DNA of 64,000 nucleotides from contig CAYXGT010000001.1 in the NCBI GenBank assembly GCA_964464635.1, positions 1,753-65,752 of the forward strand. The letters run 5' to 3'. This stretch comes from an uncultured Pirellulales bacterium (GTDB taxonomy: Bacteria; Planctomycetota; Phycisphaerae; Sedimentisphaerales; Anaerobacaceae). This document shows, piece after piece, positions 58,361-64,000 of this stretch. A program made the translations under genes and the position numbers. The notes under the pieces were generated by a model. It was not told the DNA's origin. It was given only the letters and a program-made list of their open reading frames with translations, and ran no database searches. The first letter of the stretch is position 1. The number at the start of each line of letters is the position of its first letter.

Positions 58361-59418
58361 TTTTCGGTGTCCGTTTTGAGAATAACATTCAGCAGCCGGG
58401 CAAGCCTGACAGCGGTCTCGATATCGTCGGCTTCGTGAATGCCTGCCACGACAGGGCCGTTATTGAAGACAAGCTCGATTGTGCCGTAGAAATCGAGCAG
58501 TCGTGCCTTATCTATACTGATATCGGCTGATTTTTCTTCTGCGCCGGTATTGATAAGGAATTTACAGTAACCTTCTGCCAATTGTTCGGCGTTTTTCTCG
58601 TCGGGCCGCTCGCTCAGGAAAATAGTAACATTCGAGCCGTCAATATTGTAAACGGCTGTGAAAGTATTGTCGAAGCCATCGAAACCGAGTGCGTTTCCGG
58701 TATAAAATTTTATGCTGCCCGGTATTAAATTATCTCCTGCAGTGATTAGCTGCTGCGGGAAAGAAAATTGTCTCTGGTCGGGCAGCTCTGCGGAGAGCTG
58801 CTTTGCGAATTCGGTCATCGCATTGAAAAGGGGCTCTGATTCGGCGGAGCCGATGAGCTCGATATAGTATTTGCCCTTCACGAAAAAAATCGCGTTTTCA
58901 GTTCTGTAACCGAAGTTTGTTTCGAAAAGAGCCCCCACTGCTTCGCTTTTGCGAAGCAAAATGGTGGGGGGTAAGGCGTCCGGCCTTTTCTGGATGCTGA
59001 AAACGCTGAAGGCATTTGCAGGCTCGGCCATATCATAAACGTAGAACTCAAACATCAACTGCTCATTGTTCTTACTTTTGAGCCAGCTTGTGTAAAGCAT
59101 TTCAAAGCCGGAATCGACGTAAAAGGGGGCTTTGCCGTCAATCTTTTCATAGAGATTTTCAGCACTATAGACGGCGATTTCAGAAAGCGGCTCGAAACCG
59201 TCGGGAACAATTGAGTCCAAAAGACTATCGAGACTTTTCGGTGCGTCAGGAGTAACAATAGTTGAAGAAGTTTTAAGATTGAATTGCGGTATAACGATTG
59301 AAAGACCGATAATAAAAAGGACGGCTAATAAGAAAATGCTGATAACTGATTCTCCACAGGACACCTTACGGTGGTGGCGAGTCGTTTTGCCCCGAGTCTG
59401 TGCCATTACAGGCTCCAT
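58357..59418 (-). CDS. Hypothetical membrane-anchored extracytoplasmic protein (first gene of the redox operon)
   Basis: One N-terminal TM (VISIFLLAVLFIIGLSIVI). Its stop overlaps the DUF362 start (ATGA at 58357-58360), implying translational coupling. No motif was recognised. Confidence 0.5.
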   Translation of the reverse strand: MEPVMAQTRGKTTRHHRKVSCGESVISIFLLAVLFIIGLSIVIPQFNLKTSSTIVTPDAPKSLDSLLDSIVPDGFEPLSEIAVYSAENLYEKIDGKAPFYVDSGFEMLYTSWLKSKNNEQLMFEFYVYDMAEPANAFSVFSIQKRPDALPPTILLRKSEAVGALFETNFGYRTENAIFFVKGKYYIELIGSAESEPLFNAMTEFAKQLSAELPDQRQFSFPQQLITAGDNLIPGSIKFYTGNALGFDGFDNTFTAVYNIDGSNVTIFLSERPDEKNAEQLAEGYCKFLINTGAEEKSADISIDKARLLDFYGTIELVFNNGPVVAGIHEADDIETAVRLARLLNVILKTDTEK

Positions 59419-59551
59419 AGTTTTTGTTGCCGGTTCAGCTAAACCAATATACGGGGATTATAATAATTTTTTGGTCTTTGTCAATTGCAGCCCCGTGAGA
59501 TAACTTCACATCCGGCGGATTGAAGGGATTGTGAGCAGACGATAAAGGCTG

Positions 59552-59581
59552 TTGACAGGCTTGTTTTCGGGCTGATATAAT
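59552..59581 (+). promoter_or_regulatory. Consensus sigma70-type promoter upstream of tatA
   Basis: TTGACA (59552-59557), an 18-nt spacer, then TATAAT (59576-59581). A strong SD AAGGAG lies 7 nt before the ATG at 59609. Confidence 0.55.
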
Positions 59582-59608
59582 GGTTTGGAATGAAATAAGG
59601 AGATTGAT

Positions 59609-59878
59609 ATGACTGAATATATTCGATGCCTGGCTTTCTGGACGCCCGGGCCTGTAGAGATTATCGTAATTCTTATCGTGGCACTGCTGATATTCGGCAG
59701 GCGGCTTCCCGAGATTGCCAGAAGCATAGGCAGAAGCCTGACTGAGTTTAAAAAAGGCCTAAACGAAGCCAAAGAAACCAAAGACGAAATCGAAAATGAT
59801 GTAAAGCAAATTAAAAACGACGTAGAAAAAGAGACAAAAGACACCTCAGGCAGTAACAATGCTGAAAAAGTCGATTAG
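59609..59878 (+). CDS. tatA: Sec-independent protein translocase TatA/E
   Basis: A TM plus hinge plus amphipathic helix: [38 protein letters not shown]. Confidence 0.85.
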   Translation: MTEYIRCLAFWTPGPVEIIVILIVALLIFGRRLPEIARSIGRSLTEFKKGLNEAKETKDEIENDVKQIKNDVEKETKDTSGSNNAEKVD

Positions 59879-59914
59879 CAACCAGGCTTCGCCGGAAAAC
59901 AATAGCATATCACA

Positions 59915-60661
59915 ATGGGCGAGAACAAAAAAACACACGACCCCCTTTCCAATACGATGAGTCTGGGCGACCATCTTGACGAGCTTCGGTCACGATTGCT
60001 CCTTGCGATTTTAGGGATTGTTATTTGTACGTTTATAAGTTTATGGTTCAGCCGATATTTAATTATCTTTTTACAAAAGCCGTACACAAACTTAATGGGC
60101 GACAAAGCGCTCCAGGCGCTTTCTCTGACAGAGGGATTCGTCAGCTATGTCAAGATAGCCCTTATTGCAGGACTGGTTATATCGTCACCGTGGGTTTTCT
60201 ATCATATATGGATGTTCGTGGCGGCGGGCCTGTATGAGCATGAGAGGCGGTATGTGCATATAGCAGTGCCTTTTTCAGCGGTGTTATTCATTGGTGGCGC
60301 TTTGTTCTTTCTTTTTTTGGTAGCACCTATTTCGATCGGCTGGCTGATAAAGGTCAATGACTGGCTCGGGCTGAACACAAATATCACATTCAAGAATTAT
60401 ATAACTTTCGTAACGAGTCTGATGCTTGTCTTCGGTGTTGCCTTTCAGACACCTACGGCGATATTTTTCCTGAACAGGAGCGGCCTGGTTTCTATTTCTG
60501 CTCTTAGGGGTGCGCGCAAATACGTTATACTTGCCATTGTAATAATAGCGGCGATGGCGACGCCGCCTGACGTGGTAAGCCAGATTACGCTTGCGATACC
60601 GATGTATATGCTGTATGAGCTCGGGATAGTACTCTGTCATTTTGCCGGAGGGGAAAAATAA
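59915..60661 (+). CDS. tatC: Sec-independent protein translocase TatC
   Basis: MSLGDHLDELRSRLL and a six-TM topology with typical TatC strings (EGF..Y.K...., PPD..SQ). Confidence 0.9.
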   Translation: MGENKKTHDPLSNTMSLGDHLDELRSRLLLAILGIVICTFISLWFSRYLIIFLQKPYTNLMGDKALQALSLTEGFVSYVKIALIAGLVISSPWVFYHIWMFVAAGLYEHERRYVHIAVPFSAVLFIGGALFFLFLVAPISIGWLIKVNDWLGLNTNITFKNYITFVTSLMLVFGVAFQTPTAIFFLNRSGLVSISALRGARKYVILAIVIIAAMATPPDVVSQITLAIPMYMLYELGIVLCHFAGGEK

Positions 60662-60664
60662 TCT

Positions 60665-62170
60665 ATGCTGACTTTGATAAATACGAATATGATGCAGCCG
60701 GCGATAGGGCCTGTGGGGCTGGATTATATCGCAGGGGCTGCGAAGAGCAGCGGTATCAATACCGAGCTGGTCGATTTGTGCATCGAGAATGATTGGCAGC
60801 AGGCTCTTGAGAAATATTTCAGCAATAAAGAGCCCACACTTATTGGGCTGAGCTTTCGCAACGTTGACGACTGCTTCTGGCCGAGCGCTGAATGGTTTGT
60901 CCCGAAGCTCGGCAAAATAATAGATGTGATACGCGAATTGTCTGATGTGCCGATAGTTGTGGGCGGGGTCGGCTTTTCGATATTCGGCAAAGAGATAATA
61001 GAAAGCACTGGGGCGGATTTCGGTGTGGCTGGTGACGGTGAGCAGGCAATAACGGAGCTATATAACGTAACACGGGCTTCCAGCCCGTGTTATCACGGCC
61101 AAGATGGCCGTGATACTCTCAACGGCAGAGGATTCAAGTCAATCAAAGGTTTGATTTGGCGAAGCGATGATGAGATTATATGCAACGGCAAGGCCTGGCC
61201 TGAGAAATTGTCGCTGTCGGTCGAGAGGGATACGGTTGATAATCGTGAGTACTTCAAGCGCGGCGGGCAGTGCGGTTTCGAGACAAAACGCGGATGCAAC
61301 AGGGGATGTATATATTGCGCGGACCCGCTGGCGAAAGGCCCTGTGGCACGAGTAAGAGAGCCGGCGGAGGTGGCTGATGAGGTGCAGAACCTTGTGAATC
61401 AGGGGATTGACGTTTTGCATACCTGCGATTCGGAATTTAATATACCGGCTGAGCACGCGTTTGCAGTGTGTGAGGAGCTGATAAGACGCGGGCTTGGTGA
61501 TAAGGTACGCTGGTACACGTATATGACGGTTCGGCCTTTCGATGCTGCGTTGGCCAGGATTATGAGGCAGGCCGGCTGTGTCGGGATAGATTTTACGACC
61601 GATTCGGCGTGTCCATCAATGCTGAAAACTTACAAACAAACTCACGTACAAGCTGATATCAAGACAGCGGTACGGTTATGCAGGGACAACGGTATAAAAG
61701 TAATGCTTGATTTGCTCTTAGGCGGCCCCGGCGAGACGCCGGCATCGGTTGCGGAGTCGATTGAGTTCTTCAAACGATTAGAGGCTGACTGTTTCGGGGC
61801 TTCGCTGGGTGTGCGGATTTACCCGGGGACAGGAATGGCGAGCGTGGTTGCGGCGGAAGATGACGGCCAGACTCCGCTTGGGGACGCCTTACGGCGAAAT
61901 CCCAATCTTAAAAGAAAATACGATGGGCCTGTGGACTTTTTCAAGCCGACTTTTTATATATCAAGCTCCCTTGGCGACAAGCCTGCACAGCTTGTAAGAG
62001 ACCTGATTAACGGCGACAAAAGGTTCTTCGAGCCTATGGTCGAGATTGAAAAAGGTGCACAGGGTAAATCGACCGACCACAATTATAACGACAATACCGA
62101 GCTTTTAGAGGCAATCAGGAAAGGTGCCCGCGGGGCGTACTGGGATATTTTGCATCAGCTTCGAGCGTGA
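60665..62170 (+). CDS. B12-binding domain-containing radical SAM protein
   Basis: The N-terminal B12-binding-like region (GPVGLDYIAGAAK...VVGGVGFSIFG) is followed by the radical-SAM cluster ETKRGCNRGCIYCADP. The start lies 4 nt after the tatC stop. Confidence 0.75.
   Translation: MLTLINTNMMQPAIGPVGLDYIAGAAKSSGINTELVDLCIENDWQQALEKYFSNKEPTLIGLSFRNVDDCFWPSAEWFVPKLGKIIDVIRELSDVPIVVGGVGFSIFGKEIIESTGADFGVAGDGEQAITELYNVTRASSPCYHGQDGRDTLNGRGFKSIKGLIWRSDDEIICNGKAWPEKLSLSVERDTVDNREYFKRGGQCGFETKRGCNRGCIYCADPLAKGPVARVREPAEVADEVQNLVNQGIDVLHTCDSEFNIPAEHAFAVCEELIRRGLGDKVRWYTYMTVRPFDAALARIMRQAGCVGIDFTTDSACPSMLKTYKQTHVQADIKTAVRLCRDNGIKVMLDLLLGGPGETPASVAESIEFFKRLEADCFGASLGVRIYPGTGMASVVAAEDDGQTPLGDALRRNPNLKRKYDGPVDFFKPTFYISSSLGDKPAQLVRDLINGDKRFFEPMVEIEKGAQGKSTDHNYNDNTELLEAIRKGARGAYWDILHQLRA
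61070..61113. repeat. Family-B bipartite palindromic element located inside the radical SAM CDS
   Basis: ACACGGGC-TTCCA-GCCCGTGT (61070-61090) plus TCACGGCC-AAGAT-GGCCGTGA (61093-61113). It is translated in frame as ..TRASSPCYHGQDGRD... Confidence 0.8.
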
Positions 62171-62186
62171 GAAGGTCTGCTTGAAT

Positions 62187-62205
62187 CACGGCCAGGATGG
62201 CCGTG
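62187..62205 (+). terminator. Family-B half-element hairpin acting as a probable terminator of the tatAC-rSAM unit
   Basis: CACGGCC-AGGAT-GGCCGTG is followed by TTACCTTGTTTTT, starting 17 nt after the stop codon. Confidence 0.5.
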
Positions 62206-62373
62206 TTACCTTGTTTTTACACTCAAAATGCACATTTTTGGGGGCGGTGGGAGCTGAAAAATTCTCCAAAAAAGGACAAAGCCGTAATAAATCTGTAACA
62301 ATCAGGATTTAGGATTACGCTGTGAAGTTAACTATTTTTGTGTACGATATATTTAATAGAAAGGAGAGAAAAA

Positions 62374-64000
62374 TGAAAAAGTTACTGTTTTTGGTCGTTC
62401 TGGCGCTTTTTGCTTCATTAGTGCCGGCTGGTGTAGCAAAAGAGGCTGCAGTTTTACTGCAGGATGCCCGCTACGCCGAGGATATCGAGGGTGATATTGA
62501 CAAGGCAATCGGGCTTTATGAGAAAATAATTGCGGATAGTTCGGCTGATGCCAAAGTCAGGGCCCAGGCGATGTACCTTCAGGGTATGTGCTATCTCAAG
62601 AAGCAGGATGACATCGAGGCACAGACGGTCTTAAGCAAACTGGTGGCTGAGTATCCGGAACAAACACAAATCGTCGAAAAGGCCAGGGGTATCCTTGCGG
62701 AGCTAAGCGATTCGGACCCTGCAGCGCTGATGCCGCCTGAAACGCTTTTATACGTTGAGTTCGGCTCACCGGGCAGGCAGATCGAGACCATCCTCAATAT
62801 GCTCAAGGGCACTCCCCTTGAAAATCCTCTTGCTGTATTAGGACAGGGCGGCTCATCCGGCGGCGGTCAGCAAAATCCCGGCCAGGTTTTAAGCGCCCTT
62901 TTCAATCCGAGTATGATGACCGAATTCAAAAAGATTCGCGGTATGGCATTCGGCATTACCGAAATAAAGCAAAATAATCCGTCGGGGATTTTGGTTTTAT
63001 ACCCGGGTAAAAGCGATGCGCTTCGCGGCATGATTATGGCGGGACTGAGTATGGTCGGTCAGCCGGCTGAATCTATCGAGGGGATGCAGATATTAGACAT
63101 TATGGGCCAAGCAGGCGTTGCCTATGACGACACGGTCATCCTTGTTGCACATCCAACGGAACTGCTGAAAAAGTGCATTAACCAATACAAAGGTCTGAGC
63201 AGAGATACAAGCCTTTCGGACAATAATAAGTCCTTTGCCGCCATAGGCAAAAATGTCCGCAGACAAAACGCGGTGACAATATGGGCAAACGTTGATCAGG
63301 CTTTTGAGAGCTTCAAGCAATTACACGGCGGTACGCTGCCGGGGGAAATGCAGATTGCGGAAACTTTTCTCGACCAACAGAATATAGACGAAATTCTGAC
63401 CTGCGTTTCAATCGAGGCTGATGCCTTAAACTTCGATACCAATATAAACTTCAAGCCGGGCCACAAATGTCTGGCATACGATATTTTCCGCACGCCGAAT
63501 CTGAGCAGAAAAAACTTCTCGGCGGTTCCTTCCGACGCTGTAGCACTGGTCAGTTTTGCAATGAATGAAACGTCAGGCGAAAACATAGAGAAAATTCGCA
63601 GGCCTTTGAGAAGATTTTCAGGACTTGATATAGGCAGGGGATTATTCAATAATCTCGAACAGGTTACAATCTTTATCGTGCCGAATTTAAGCGCAAACAT
63701 AAGCGACCCGATGGACATACCGGCTAATTGCATGGGCATTGCATTAACGAGCAAGGATCCTGCACAGACCCGCCAGACCTGGGAAACAATTCTTGGTACA
63801 GTAAGTACGATTGGGCAGGACGCGGCAGCAGGGCAGGGCCAGATAAAGGGAAGATACATTCTTCCAGTGGGCAGAAGCGGTCAACCTGTTTGTTGTTATC
63901 TTGACCAGTACGAAAATACGACGTTTCTGAGCCTGTCGGGCGAAGTCATTAAGTCGGCGATAGCTGCTCCTGAATCGAAGTCGGCTTTGACAAGCGGCGT
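62374..64000 (+). CDS. Large secreted protein with a TPR/YbgF-like N-terminus (partial, runs off the right edge)
   Basis: ATG at 62374 after AAAGGAGAG. Hand translation gives the signal peptide MKKLLFLVVLALFASLVPAGVA, then a TPR-like stretch (AIGLYEKIIADSSADAKVRAQAMYLQGMCYLKKQDD..AQTVLSKLVAEYP). The frame stays open to the window end, which explains its absence from the ORF track. Confidence 0.6.

Overview
Origin-proximal chromosomal segment of a diderm bacterium. The CAZyme load, Tat-exported redox enzymes, a PilM-like operon and the palindromic repeat types suggest a Planctomycetota/PVC-like polysaccharide degrader, but that taxonomy is inference only. No rRNA, tRNA, CRISPR array, transposase or integrase was recognised. 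The backbone is housekeeping: yidC (partial), lptB, def-fmt-rsmB, dnaA with DnaA-box-like sites upstream, eno, mtaB, groES-groEL, rnr, efp, secA, tyrS, hldD and tatA-tatC. Carbohydrate-active genes are interspersed: two GH2 enzymes (one beta-mannosidase-like), a GH51 arabinofuranosidase with a CBM, and a GH5. Four visibly AT-rich islets interrupt this backbone (judged by eye, not computed). (1) 7.2-9.5 kb holds RHS/YD toxin-tip fragments plus a lipoprotein, joined directly to a truncated ABC ATPase gene. (2) 33.3-34.9 kb holds a SUFU-like orphan gene and dense short repeats. (3) 40.2-41.2 kb holds a RelE/Phd toxin-antitoxin pair. (4) 46.65-48.36 kb holds a Zn-ribbon/TM/trypsin-like protease gene bracketed by 37-bp direct repeats. 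The two best candidates for uncharacterised multi-gene systems are both on the minus strand. One is a PilM-PilN fusion operon with two large unknown bitopic proteins and no recognisable PilO/P/Q (26.07-31.74 kb). The other is a five-gene putative periplasmic redox module next to tatAC: membrane anchor, Tat-DUF362, NapH-like polyferredoxin and two Tat-exported aldo/keto reductases with Fe-S tails (53.07-59.42 kb). Two families of short bipartite palindromic repeats recur, and one copy sits in frame inside a B12/radical-SAM gene. All calls rest on motif reading of the supplied translations and manual inspection of the DNA; no database search was run.
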